NCBI GenBank assembly: GCA_044376115.1
Contig: JBILLK010000038.1
Location: 1 to 64,000 of the forward strand
DNA from: Polyangiaceae bacterium
Lineage (GTDB): Bacteria; Myxococcota_A; Polyangia; Polyangiales; Polyangiaceae
Reading direction: 5' to 3'
Length of the DNA: 64,000 nucleotides
Part shown: positions 18,974 to 28,662 of the stretch, one piece after another
How positions within the stretch are numbered: the first letter of the stretch is position 1
Layout: each line of letters starts with the position of its first letter
Translations under genes and position numbers: made by a program
Notes under the pieces: model-generated
What the model saw: only the letters and a program-made list of their open reading frames with translations
Told to the model about the DNA's origin: nothing
Database searches by the model: none

Positions 18974-20374
18974 TTGAACCAACTCACGCCCCCAACCCGC
19001 TCGCATACCACCATTCCCCGGGCCACTCGCGCGCCGGAGGTCGCGGGCCTACCGCTGCTCGGACCCAGCCTCGATCTGTTGCGAGACCCCTACGGTTGGT
19101 GGCCTCGTCAGCTTCGTCGGCACGGCGCGGTCTTCCGTATGCGTTTGCCCACCGACGGCTGTACGTGGATCGTTCTGGCGGGCCGCGACGCGAACGAGCT
19201 GCTCGCCACCGAGGGCCACCGGCTCTTCTCTCAGGCCCTGACCTATCCCAAAGCCGAGAAGGTGCTCGAGACGCCGTTGCACCCGAGCATCACCGAGGGG
19301 GACCTGCAGCGACACCTACGCCGACAGATCGCGCCTGGCTTCGCGCGGCACACGGCCGAGCCGCACCTGCGGCAGGTGGTCGAGGTCACGCGAGCGACGG
19401 TCGCCGAGCTCGCCGCCGGACAGTCCTTCAACGTCACCCGCTTGACCTCACGTCTCGGACTGGACGCGATCTCGCTCGTAGCGACCGGCGAGCCTGTGGG
19501 GCACGACTCCGACCGCTACCGCCAATACGCGACCGTCTTCACCGGTGTGATCGCCATGGGCTGGCCGCTCGCGCTCATGCGTTGGCCGTCGGTGCGACGG
19601 ACCCGCGAGGGCCTCGACACTCTGATCGCAAAGCGACTAGCCGAACACGCACGCACGCTGCCCGGTGCGGACTGCCGTGCCCCCGACACCTTCGATTATC
19701 TACTCCGCGGCACGCTGCCCGACCGGAGCCCGCTGCCCGACCGCGTTCGGGTGGTCTACGGCCAGATGCCGTTCAAGAACATGGGAGTCTACGCCGGGCG
19801 GGTCTTGAACCACCTGCTCTACGAGCTGGTGAAGCGTCCCGACGTACTCGCTCGGGTACTGCCCGAGATCGACCGGGTCCTCGGCTGTGAGACCCCTTCA
19901 CTCAAGGAGCTCGACAGCATGGTGACCTTCCGCGCCGCCCTCCGAGAGACCCTGCGCGTGCGGCCGATCGCTGTGGCGGTCCAGCGCACCGTGATTGAGC
20001 CCTTCAGCTTCGGCGGATACCGCTTCGAGCCGGGCGACAAGCTCTTCTTCCCGATCTCGGCCACCCACAGCCTCGCCGAACACTTCAAGGACCCCGAGCG
20101 CTTCGACGTCGACCGCTTCCTCGGCGAGGGTTCGGAGCCCGAGCGCTACACCTACAACCCCTTCGGCTTGGGCCACCACAGCTGCGTCGCCCGTGGCCTG
20201 TTCGAAGTGCTCGCGCTGATCACGGTTGGCACGATGCTGCAGCGGTGGCGCTTCCACGCGCCCTACACGCTGCGCACGATCGTCGATGCCCTGCCTGGCC
20301 CTTGGCCGGGCCACCGGATGCACGTCGTCGAGCAACGAGTCGCCGCCATTCCGCGCCAAGGGCTGGCTGCGTGA
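18974..20374 (+). CDS. Cytochrome P450
   Basis: ETLR, PERF, FGLGHHSCVA heme-ligand loop; TTG start at 18974 after GGAG. Confidence 0.92.
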   Translation: MNQLTPPTRSHTTIPRATRAPEVAGLPLLGPSLDLLRDPYGWWPRQLRRHGAVFRMRLPTDGCTWIVLAGRDANELLATEGHRLFSQALTYPKAEKVLETPLHPSITEGDLQRHLRRQIAPGFARHTAEPHLRQVVEVTRATVAELAAGQSFNVTRLTSRLGLDAISLVATGEPVGHDSDRYRQYATVFTGVIAMGWPLALMRWPSVRRTREGLDTLIAKRLAEHARTLPGADCRAPDTFDYLLRGTLPDRSPLPDRVRVVYGQMPFKNMGVYAGRVLNHLLYELVKRPDVLARVLPEIDRVLGCETPSLKELDSMVTFRAALRETLRVRPIAVAVQRTVIEPFSFGGYRFEPGDKLFFPISATHSLAEHFKDPERFDVDRFLGEGSEPERYTYNPFGLGHHSCVARGLFEVLALITVGTMLQRWRFHAPYTLRTIVDALPGPWPGHRMHVVEQRVAAIPRQGLAA

Positions 20375-20426
20375 GGGTGCGCTTAGCTGACTACGTGGAC
20401 ACTAGAACCCTGCTAGATTTCCCGCG

Positions 20427-21284
20427 ATGAGCACTCCCCACCTCCTCTCGTTGCTCGAACAGGTCATGCCCGCGGTAAAAATCGTGGACGTTGGGGCGAT
20501 GCTCTTGGAGGCACCGCCGTACGCTAACTTGCTGGACCTGCCTGGCACCAAGCTGGTCGCGTTCGAGCCTGGGGACGAAGAACGAGAGAAGTTGATCGAG
20601 GCTTCCAGCCCATCCCACGTGATTCTTCCCCATGTCGTGGGTCGCGGTGGCCCGGCGATTTTCCGGGAGTGCACGTGGAACGCCACCAACTCGTTGTACG
20701 AACCAAACACGGAGCTCTTACGTCGATTCTCGGGCATGCGTGAGCTGCATACGGTTGCGCAGCGTATCGAGTTGAACACCGTCAGCTTGGACGACGTCCC
20801 CGAGGCCCGTGGGATGCACTATCTCAAGATCGACGTTCAGGGCGCAGAGCTCGACGTCATCGAAGGGGCGCCGAAGGCGTGTGAATCGCTTCTGTGCGCC
20901 CACATCGAGGTTCAGTTCATGCCCCTCTACGAAGGTGTCCCGTTGCAGGGCGACGTGGACGTAGCGATGAGAAAGCTCGGCCTACGCATGCACTCGATGA
21001 CCCCGCCCGGCAAGGGCACGTTCAGCCCGCTCAAGCGCAAACGAGGTGCGGGAGGGGGCCAATGGCTCTGGGCGGATGCCTTGTACTTCCGCGACTTCAT
21101 GTCGTTTGGCAAGCTCGAGCCGGAGCAACTGCTCGTCATCGCGCTGATCGCAGAGCTTTGCTACTTCCAGCATGATCTCGCGCTGCTCGCGCTCCAGCAT
21201 TACGACGCAAAACAGGGCACCAAGTTTCACGAGCTCCATTGCGCTCACCTGTTGGATGAACCTCGCCCCGCCGAACCGCTGTGA
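20427..21284 (+). CDS. FkbM-family methyltransferase
   Basis: VDVGA, AFEP, LKIDVQGAELDV, WADALY. Confidence 0.9.
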   Translation: MSTPHLLSLLEQVMPAVKIVDVGAMLLEAPPYANLLDLPGTKLVAFEPGDEEREKLIEASSPSHVILPHVVGRGGPAIFRECTWNATNSLYEPNTELLRRFSGMRELHTVAQRIELNTVSLDDVPEARGMHYLKIDVQGAELDVIEGAPKACESLLCAHIEVQFMPLYEGVPLQGDVDVAMRKLGLRMHSMTPPGKGTFSPLKRKRGAGGGQWLWADALYFRDFMSFGKLEPEQLLVIALIAELCYFQHDLALLALQHYDAKQGTKFHELHCAHLLDEPRPAEPL

Positions 21285-21312
21285 CGTCAGGCGGGTAGCA
21301 ATCCGTGGCCTG

Positions 21313-22383
21313 GTGGCGCGAGCGGTGACGGGCGGGGCTTCAAGCAACGGCGGCTCACCCGGCGTTGGCGGCGCAGCCGGTGGACCCGACGTGCCTGCGT
21401 TTTGCAAAGGGCTCACCTGGGACTTCGATGCACCCGTCGCCCTGTCGGAGTTCGTCGGCACGAGCCACAGGTTCGCCTTTGCGGCGAAGGGCGCGTCCCT
21501 CACGCTCGTGTCCGTGCAGGAGGCGTCGGCCACCGAGTGGGACCTCTACACCACGGAGATTTCGGATCCGTTTGGAGGCGCCGTATCGGTCGGTGAACCT
21601 CAACCGCGCGGCTCCCTCCCCGATTCATCCGCACTCCAAGCGAGACCGTTCGTGTTCACGCCCGCAGGCGTGAAGGAGTACCGCGTGTTCCTCGGCCCGA
21701 ATGGAGACAACGGCGTCGTTGCAAACCTGCTCGCGCCGGGCGCGGCGGAGCTCGGGAACATCCCGAACCTCAAGAGCGTCGCTGTTTCCGAATTCGGCCA
21801 GGAGGCATGGCTCTATCGCGATGCCGTGGAGTCTTGGGTGACCCTTCAGGGCGACGTAGTCGACGCCCCCGAAGGCTGCACGCCGACCGAGCTCGACCCA
21901 GGTCCTGGTGAGACCGTGATCATGCGCACCAATCCCTGCGGTGACCTCGGCACCGAATCCTGGCTAGTGGATACGAACGGAATGACCCCGATGAGCCTGC
22001 CTGCGAAGCAGCCGGTCCAGCTCGGACCGAACGGCCTTGTGGCCTTTGACCTTGCGAATACCGGGATCTTCGACGTTGCGTTGGACGGCAGCCTCACCCC
22101 GTGGATCACCTCCCCGCTCTTCGGCCAAATGATCATCCCCATCGCTGCCCCCTTGGCCGATGGCATGGCGGTCGCGTCGCTCTACACCGGCGATTCGGAC
22201 AAGCTGTTCCTCCATGTCTTCGACGGCGCGGGCGCCGTCGTCGTGTCCGAACCGTTGCCGGCCTACTACCCCATCGGCGTCCCCTACGCGGTCCACGCAG
22301 ACACCACCTCCGGCACTGTGTTCGTCGCGTACGGAGAACAAGGCGTAGGCGCGCTGCGCGTCGCCCGCGCCCGCTGCGAGTGA
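21313..22383 (+). CDS. Hypothetical beta-rich protein with Gly-rich N-terminus; start uncertain, possibly lacks its signal peptide
   Basis: Long ORF with GC-rich third positions; begins in a GGASSNGG linker of the kind that usually follows a lipobox. Confidence 0.65.
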   Translation: MARAVTGGASSNGGSPGVGGAAGGPDVPAFCKGLTWDFDAPVALSEFVGTSHRFAFAAKGASLTLVSVQEASATEWDLYTTEISDPFGGAVSVGEPQPRGSLPDSSALQARPFVFTPAGVKEYRVFLGPNGDNGVVANLLAPGAAELGNIPNLKSVAVSEFGQEAWLYRDAVESWVTLQGDVVDAPEGCTPTELDPGPGETVIMRTNPCGDLGTESWLVDTNGMTPMSLPAKQPVQLGPNGLVAFDLANTGIFDVALDGSLTPWITSPLFGQMIIPIAAPLADGMAVASLYTGDSDKLFLHVFDGAGAVVVSEPLPAYYPIGVPYAVHADTTSGTVFVAYGEQGVGALRVARARCE

Positions 22384-22423
22384 TTGCTTCGCCCTGTCTC
22401 GGCCCCTCACGCCGGTCTCTGGA

Positions 22424-23029
22424 TCAGTGGCAGTGGTCGTTGTGGCAGTCGTTCGAGCAGCAGTCAGCGCCCGTCACGCAGGGGCCGCCGGCGGGGCTGC
22501 AGTCGGGGATGGTATCGGGGTCGATGCATCCGCCTAGCGTCCCCAGCTCGGATGCGACCGGGTTGCAGATCTCGTTGGGGCCCGTGCACTCATCGTCCCC
22601 GCAGCAGAACGGGATGCAGGCGCCGGCCGGGCCACAAACGAGCCCGCCTTGGCAGTAAGGGCCGTAGGTCAAGTTGCACTCAGCACCGAGTTGAGCTTCG
22701 TTCGGAGGCGGGTAGCAAAGCAGTTGGACCTCACCGTCCTCTTGACCCAGGTCGCACGCCTGCCCCATCGCACAGCCGTCGTTCGTACGCGGATCGCACT
22801 CCATCGGCCCTGAGAAGCAGGCTGCGGGCAGCGTGGTAGCACCCCCAGCGCCCTCGCCAGCGCCGGCCACTCCACCAGCGCCCGCGACGCTGCTCTCTCC
22901 ACCAGCCGCCCCGGCGCCGCCCTGACCGCCCTCCGGCGCACCGCCGGTGTTGCTCGAACTCGCGCTCGTCCCACAAGCCAACAGCGCGCACGAACCCAGC
23001 AAACCAGCAAATAATCGACCCACGCTCAT
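22424..23029 (-). CDS. Cys-rich lipoprotein with knottin-like, His-containing C-terminus
   Basis: LLAC lipobox, Gly linker, many Cys; ends CSPAGGPCVTGADCCSNDCHNDHCH. Confidence 0.85.
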   Translation of the reverse strand: MSVGRLFAGLLGSCALLACGTSASSSNTGGAPEGGQGGAGAAGGESSVAGAGGVAGAGEGAGGATTLPAACFSGPMECDPRTNDGCAMGQACDLGQEDGEVQLLCYPPPNEAQLGAECNLTYGPYCQGGLVCGPAGACIPFCCGDDECTGPNEICNPVASELGTLGGCIDPDTIPDCSPAGGPCVTGADCCSNDCHNDHCH

Positions 23030-23081
23030 CTCGACCTCCACCCTGGTCCTAGCTCAAACCCTGGAGGAGAGAAATCGATAT

Positions 23082-23096
23082 CGCAACTTAGTTGCA
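23082..23096. promoter_or_regulatory. Palindromic operator copy 1 (CGCAAC-TTA-GTTGCA)
   Basis: Intergenic dyad upstream of the 23029 gene; related copies at 23630 and 25533. Confidence 0.7.
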
Positions 23097-23131
23097 ACTG
23101 GGATCCGACTTCCGGGGAGACGGTTGTCTTT

Positions 23132-23599
23132 TCATTCGTGGTCGTGTGCTCCGCCCTCTTCGACCAAGAGCATGACCATGCCCTCGCCGGGGCCGAGCCC
23201 TACGGTCACCGTACCAGCCGCGAGATCGAGCACGGCGCGCGACTCGATTAGGTCACATTCCTCGGAGCAACCGCCCGTCTCGCACGACTCTTCCGGCGTG
23301 ACCGCGGCGCCGCCGACCAAGAACTCCATCGGGACGGCCGCGCTCGCGTAGAAGAAGAACTCGTTCGCCTCGTCCGCGGCGAAGGCTACGTAGACGGGCG
23401 CGTCTGGCGATAGATCGATCTGGTAGGCGACGTGAACTTGGTCGACCGTGGGCGCATCGGCCGGATCGGATGTCGCCTCGACCGGCTCGAACGGACCCTC
23501 AGGAAAATGCTCGCAGGCCTCCGCGTCGGGGACATCGCTGTGACCGCAGCCCACCGACAGAGCGACGACCATGGGAACCAAAGACAGCAGCTTCTTCAT
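23132..23599 (-). CDS. Small acidic His/Cys lipoprotein
   Basis: SVGC lipobox; EACEHFPEGPF; ends AHDHE; paralog of the 24951 gene. Confidence 0.85.
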   Translation of the reverse strand: MKKLLSLVPMVVALSVGCGHSDVPDAEACEHFPEGPFEPVEATSDPADAPTVDQVHVAYQIDLSPDAPVYVAFAADEANEFFFYASAAVPMEFLVGGAAVTPEESCETGGCSEECDLIESRAVLDLAAGTVTVGLGPGEGMVMLLVEEGGAHDHE

Positions 23600-23629
23600 G
23601 CAGATGCCTTAGCCAAACTAGGGAACTGA

Positions 23630-23644
23630 TGCAATTGGGTTGCA
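23630..23644. promoter_or_regulatory. Palindromic operator copy 2 (TGCAAT-TGG-GTTGCA)
   Basis: Intergenic dyad 30 bp upstream of the 23599 start. Confidence 0.7.
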
Positions 23645-23691
23645 TCTAACTTCGGCGAAGAACGACCTGCGCCATGATCGGCTGAGCGCGC

Positions 23692-24954
23692 CTACTCGAC
23701 GTCCGAGAGATCTCCCAGATTGCGTGTCTCGAGGTCGAACCCCGCGGTGCGCAGGGTTCGCGGCGAGCCGGGGAGCGTTGTGCGAGTTAGCTCCCGGAGC
23801 TCCGCGTCCACCCAGAGTTCGACGAGCTCTCGGGCCGCGGGGAGGAGAACGTACGCGCGCGCCGGGACGGCGGACAGCCGAGGCCGGCTCTCGTCATCGC
23901 ACCCGAACGGAGCCGCGAGGGGAGCGACCGCGAGTTCCTCGCCGCTCGCGCTGTCGAGCGTGTACAGAGCGCCGTCGCTCGCCAGCGCAAGAAGCACCTC
24001 GCCGTGCCCCGGTTCATACAGCAGGTCGCAAACCCCTGCCGGGGCATCGAACGCAGGGAGAGGTCCCGTCGAGTCGAAGCGGACGAGGCCAGTAGAGCCG
24101 TCGGCTACGACGACCTCGTCACGGTCCACGTGCAGCGCGACCGCCTCCGGTCGCGTCGTCGCGTAGTGCTCGAGGCTGGGGGCAGCGCCGTCTGCGGAGA
24201 CGAGGACGACCCCATCCGAGCAGCCGAACACCGCTCGGCCACCCGTCGAGGCGAGCGCGCCGAAGGCCTCGGGACACGGGGTGGTGACCGCCGAACCGTC
24301 GACGCCGTCGAGTCGCGCGGAGAGCGCGTTCGCCTCCGCGATCACCACGCCGCCTGGAACTGGGACGAGCGACGCCGGCGCCATGTCCGGGTACGTGGTG
24401 CTCGCAGGGACGAACGTCTCCGGGTCCAGCAGAGAGCGGTCCTCGAAGCGCACGACGGTGGTCTCCGCCCCCTCCGTCACAGCGATCGCAAGCTCGTGGC
24501 CCAAAGCACCAACCGACGGCGCTCCGACCGAGGGAGTACCGCCCGACGAGCCCTCGCCCGTGAGATCGACTCCCACCACCGTCGGCGGGTACTTGTAGAC
24601 GTGGAGGTGAGGAACCTTCGAGTCCGAGGCCCCTTCGCTGTGATCGAGGATCGACACGCCCACGTAGATTGGCGTGACCGAAGTGGGCCCCCGGGCCAAC
24701 AGGTACTCTCCGCCGTCTGCCAGCACGAGTTCACCCGCTGGCTCGGGCAGAGCCACCGGCTCGACCATCGCTTCGAACTCGACGTCATACACGTGCACGA
24801 CCGGCGCATCGGCGTCAGTGATCAGGACTCTTGCTCGCCTCCACGCAGGGTGCATCGGCGGGTCTTCGGGAGCGGGCGGAGGCAGCGGCTCCGAACCGCA
24901 TGCGGTGACCATTGCGACCGTGGCGAGGCCGAAGAGCGACGCGCGCGCTCTCAT
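23692..24954 (-). CDS. Beta-propeller lipoprotein, AztD-like metallochaperone candidate
   Basis: VTAC lipobox; DHSEG...PHLHVYKYPP resembles the His loop of AztD; FGCSDGV. Confidence 0.65.
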   Translation of the reverse strand: MRARASLFGLATVAMVTACGSEPLPPPAPEDPPMHPAWRRARVLITDADAPVVHVYDVEFEAMVEPVALPEPAGELVLADGGEYLLARGPTSVTPIYVGVSILDHSEGASDSKVPHLHVYKYPPTVVGVDLTGEGSSGGTPSVGAPSVGALGHELAIAVTEGAETTVVRFEDRSLLDPETFVPASTTYPDMAPASLVPVPGGVVIAEANALSARLDGVDGSAVTTPCPEAFGALASTGGRAVFGCSDGVVLVSADGAAPSLEHYATTRPEAVALHVDRDEVVVADGSTGLVRFDSTGPLPAFDAPAGVCDLLYEPGHGEVLLALASDGALYTLDSASGEELAVAPLAAPFGCDDESRPRLSAVPARAYVLLPAARELVELWVDAELRELTRTTLPGSPRTLRTAGFDLETRNLGDLSDVE

Positions 24955-25457
24955 TGGCGCTCCGCGACGAGCCTGACGGTTGGGCTCGATGTCGGCCCGA
25001 TCTCGATCGTGACCTCCTGATTGCGGTCGAGTTCGACGAGGTGCGCCGCCGAGATGTCGGCGCAACCCTCGGGCTCGCTTGGCTCGAGGCAGAGCTCCGT
25101 ATCCCCCTGCAGGATGCGCACCGGGACGCCGGCCTCCAGCACGATCAAGGCGTGAACGGCAGACTCGCGCGGGACGAAGGGCAGCGATGCGACGTACGCG
25201 TCCCCGCTGGGCTCGAGCGTCACCGTGTACAACATGTGAAGGTTAGCGAGAGGCTCCCCGTTCGCGAGCTCTCCGAACGGCCCCTCGACCAAATGCGCGC
25301 ATGCGTGCTCCGCTTCTTCCTCGGTGAGTGCGAACCCTCCGCAGACACCGCTGCCGCCGCCTCCGGCGTCGCTGCTGTCACTGCAACTGGATTGCATCAC
25401 CGCAAAGAGCCCAAAGAGCGCAAAGAGGGCAAGGACGCCCGTTGAGCCGTAGCCCAC
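24951..25457 (-). CDS. Small His/Cys lipoprotein, paralog of 23132-23599; start uncertain
   Basis: EHACAHLVEGPF...LHMLY versus EACEHFPEGPF...VHVAY; ATGA overlap with the next gene. Confidence 0.75.
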   Translation of the reverse strand: MGYGSTGVLALFALFGLFAVMQSSCSDSSDAGGGGSGVCGGFALTEEEAEHACAHLVEGPFGELANGEPLANLHMLYTVTLEPSGDAYVASLPFVPRESAVHALIVLEAGVPVRILQGDTELCLEPSEPEGCADISAAHLVELDRNQEVTIEIGPTSSPTVRLVAERQ

Positions 25458-25532
25458 GGCAGACCCTCTGGTCTTGGGACACGACGCTTGCCGCTGTTTC
25501 ACCCTCGTGCCATACCACCGCGACTTTGTTCT

Positions 25533-25547
25533 TGCAACGCGATTGCA
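25533..25547. promoter_or_regulatory. Palindromic operator copy 3 (TGCAAC-GCG-ATTGCA)
   Basis: Lies in the divergent gap between the lipoprotein operon and the TonB-receptor operon. Confidence 0.7.
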
Positions 25548-25561
25548 TATCCGGTGGGAGC

Positions 25562-27826
25562 TTGCTTGGCGCGATCGCGCTCCTCGGCGGCCTCGCCACC
25601 CCAGTCGCTGAGGCCCTCTCTCAGGAGGCCGCGCAGCAAGAGTCAAGCTCGCCCGAGGCCAAGCCCGAGCCCGAGCCCGCGGCCTCGGTGGAGCCGGCAG
25701 AGGGGAAAGCGGCGGAAGCCGCAGAAGCCCCGGCGTCGGAGCCGATCCAGGTCGACGTGAGCGGCTCGCGGCGCGCAGCCGCCCCGAAGGCTGGTGGGGA
25801 CTTCGATCTCGTGATCGGCCAGCTCATCGACGTACCGCGCGGGCGAGCCGAGCGCCTCCTGACCCTCGCCCCCGGCCTCGTGCTGGCGAACCACGGTGGC
25901 GAGGGCCACCCATCGGTGATCTTTCTCCGCGGCTTCGACGCTGGCGAGGGCCAGGACATGGAGATGCGCGTAGAGGGCGTGCCGATCAACGAGCCCTCGC
26001 ACCCGCACGGGCACGGCTACGCGGACACGAACTTCCTGATCCCTGCCTTGATCGAACGGGTCCGCGTGATCGAGGGGCCCTTCGACGTCTCCCAAGGGGA
26101 CTTCGCCGTAGCCGGGAGCGCGGTCTTCGAACTCGGATTGCCCTCGCGCGGGGTGATAGCGCGGGCAGCCTACGGATCCTTTCACCGCGCCGAGCTATCG
26201 GTGCTGTGGGGCCCGCACGGCTTCGACGAAGACACCTTCTTCGGAGTGGAGCTCGTACGCGGCGACGGCTTCGGCCGCAACCGCGCGCACCAGGCCGTCC
26301 GCGGAATGGCGCAGATCTCTCACTCCTTCGACGACGACACGAAGCTCAAGGTGTTCGGGACCTCGTACGCGACCCGCTTCGACAGCGCAGGCGTCGTGCG
26401 CGCCGATGACGTGACCCGGGGGCGCATCCCCGGCTGCGGCGCCGACTTCGACGAGCAGTTCTTCTGCACCTACGACGCGAACCAAGGCGGCGCCACCCAG
26501 CGCCACGGGCTCTCAGCAACGCTCGAGCACAAGGGCTCGCTCGGCAAGCTCGAGGCGAGCGCGTTCACGACCTACAAGGACACGCGCATGCGGGAGAATT
26601 TTACCGGCTTCGTGCTCGATCGACAGTCGGACGGATCGCCGCAGCGCGGGGACGGCTCAGAGCAGATCCAGGAGTCGATCACGGTCGGGATGCGTGGCAA
26701 GTACGTCACGAACTTCGAGCTCTTCGACCAGACCCACGACGTCGAGGTCGGGCTTACGGCGCGCTACGACACCTTCGACTCGATCCTCAACCGCCTTCGC
26801 ACCGCAGACGGGGTGCCCTACCGCTCCGACTTCGATCGTCAGGTCGGCACGACGAACCTCGGCGCCTACGGTGGGCTCCGTTTTCAGCCGCTCGATTTCT
26901 TGGTGGTCCGCGGCGGCCTCCGACTGGATTCGTTCGTCTTCGGGCTCGAGGACAGGAACGTACCGGAGGTCGACCGGACCGGAGAGAGGCTCCCGACGAA
27001 TCGCCGCGAAGCATTTGGTATAGCACCACAGCCGCGGGCCACGGTCACCCTCATCCCTCTCCCTTGGCTCTCCTGGATGACGTCGCTCGGGCTCGGCACA
27101 CGCTCGAGCGACTCGCAGGCGCTCTCCGACGGCGAGTCGGCTCCGTTCGCCAACGTGATCGCGACCGAGACAGGGCTCGTCGCCCGCGAAGCGACGCCGT
27201 CACGCGCAGCCGAGGCGCGGCTCCTCGCGTTCGCGACCCGCGTCACGAGCGATCTCGTCTTCGACGAGCAAGCGGGACGCAACGTGCCCATCGGCCCCTC
27301 GAACCGCTACGGCGTGACGGCCTTTGGGCGGCTGACCGACACCGCGCTCGGCCTCGACGCCGCCACGAGCTTCTCCTTCTCCGAGGCCTTCATCTCCGCC
27401 GAGGACGAGACGATCTTCGATGTCGGGCTCGGGCCTCGCTTGCCGTTCGTCCCGCGCTGGGTCGCGCGCGTGGACCTCTCCGAGCGTTATCCCTTCGAGA
27501 TCCTCGGGGAGAAGCTGCGAGTAACGGGCGCGCTGGGGCTGTTGTTCGTGGATCAGCGCCCGCTACCGCTCGAGCAGTTCGGTGCGCCGGTGTTTTCGGT
27601 GGACGCGGCGGTGAAGCTCAAGTGGCGGCTCGCCGAGTTGGGTGTCGAGGCGCAGAACCTCCTCGACCGGCGGAACCGCGAGGCGGAACTCTATTACCCC
27701 TCGAACTTCGCCGAGCCCGCCGCACCCGCGTCGCAGCTTGCGGCGCGCCACTGGGTCGCAGGCCAACCGCAGACCTTCCTGGGCACCTTGACCCTCCACT
27801 TCGACGCACGGGAGACCTCACCATGA
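25562..27826 (+). CDS. TonB-dependent receptor; start approximate
   Basis: Plug motifs NHGGEGH, IFLRGFD, HPHGHGYAD, IERVRVIEGP; C-terminal QNLLDR and barrel-closing strand. Confidence 0.9.
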   Translation: MLGAIALLGGLATPVAEALSQEAAQQESSSPEAKPEPEPAASVEPAEGKAAEAAEAPASEPIQVDVSGSRRAAAPKAGGDFDLVIGQLIDVPRGRAERLLTLAPGLVLANHGGEGHPSVIFLRGFDAGEGQDMEMRVEGVPINEPSHPHGHGYADTNFLIPALIERVRVIEGPFDVSQGDFAVAGSAVFELGLPSRGVIARAAYGSFHRAELSVLWGPHGFDEDTFFGVELVRGDGFGRNRAHQAVRGMAQISHSFDDDTKLKVFGTSYATRFDSAGVVRADDVTRGRIPGCGADFDEQFFCTYDANQGGATQRHGLSATLEHKGSLGKLEASAFTTYKDTRMRENFTGFVLDRQSDGSPQRGDGSEQIQESITVGMRGKYVTNFELFDQTHDVEVGLTARYDTFDSILNRLRTADGVPYRSDFDRQVGTTNLGAYGGLRFQPLDFLVVRGGLRLDSFVFGLEDRNVPEVDRTGERLPTNRREAFGIAPQPRATVTLIPLPWLSWMTSLGLGTRSSDSQALSDGESAPFANVIATETGLVAREATPSRAAEARLLAFATRVTSDLVFDEQAGRNVPIGPSNRYGVTAFGRLTDTALGLDAATSFSFSEAFISAEDETIFDVGLGPRLPFVPRWVARVDLSERYPFEILGEKLRVTGALGLLFVDQRPLPLEQFGAPVFSVDAAVKLKWRLAELGVEAQNLLDRRNREAELYYPSNFAEPAAPASQLAARHWVAGQPQTFLGTLTLHFDARETSP

Positions 27827-28662
27827 AGCATGCTCTTGCCGCCTCGCTCACGTTGTCCGTCCTCGCGTGCGAGCCCTCGACCGGGGGGCGCGCAGTTGAC
27901 GTCACGTTCACGGTTCGCGGAGCTTCGGACGAGGTGACCTCTGACGGCTCCGTGCGTCGCTTCTCGACCTTCGCGGGATGGGAGGTCGAGCTCGAGGAGG
28001 CGTGGGTAGCGGTCGGACCCTTCGTCGTTTGGGAGAACCCCCCACCACTCGCGTCGAGCGCGCCGTCCTCGGCGCCCGAGTCGAAGCCGTCGTCGCTCTG
28101 GGACCTCCTCGTCCCGGACGCGCACGCACACCCCGGCGACACGCACTTCAACGGTGGCAATGCGAAGGCCGAGTGGATGGGACAGACGCTGCTCGACGCC
28201 CTGTCGCCGGAGCCGCAGCGGTTCGCAGCACCTGGAGTCGCGGGGCCAGCGCGATCGGTGACGATCCACCTCGAGCCGCCGCGCGCAGACCTGCAAGGAG
28301 GCGAGCTGCTGAGCGGGGACCACCTGCGCGCGCGCGGGACGGCGACGAAGGACGGACAATCCCTGCGCTTCGTCGGCGGCATCGTGCTCCCTCCGGAGGG
28401 CGGGCGGCGCGAGATAAACGGCATCCCAGTCGAGGGCGACGTGGACGAAGACGTCGAGGTGGCGCTGGTGGTCGATCCGGCCGCTTGGTTCGTCGAGGTC
28501 GACTTCTCCGAGCTCTCCGCGGTGGAGCCCGACGCTGACGGCTTCCGGACGATCCCCGTCGACGGCTCGATCGCGGCGGCCTGGGAGATCGGCGCGCGCA
28601 GCCTCACGTCCGGGACAGCGTCGCCGAGCGCTGCCGCCGCGAGCCTCGAGGTGGGACGATGA
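27823..28662 (+). CDS. Receptor-associated lipoprotein
   Basis: ATGA overlap with the receptor; VLAC lipobox; AHAHPGDTH. Confidence 0.85.
   Translation: MKHALAASLTLSVLACEPSTGGRAVDVTFTVRGASDEVTSDGSVRRFSTFAGWEVELEEAWVAVGPFVVWENPPPLASSAPSSAPESKPSSLWDLLVPDAHAHPGDTHFNGGNAKAEWMGQTLLDALSPEPQRFAAPGVAGPARSVTIHLEPPRADLQGGELLSGDHLRARGTATKDGQSLRFVGGIVLPPEGGRREINGIPVEGDVDEDVEVALVVDPAAWFVEVDFSELSAVEPDADGFRTIPVDGSIAAAWEIGARSLTSGTASPSAAAASLEVGR

Noticed and set aside
25382..25396. Fourth operator-like dyad TGCAAC-TGG-ATTGCA
   Set aside because: It lies within the codons for MQSSC of a lipoprotein gene, so it may be coincidental; not called as a site.
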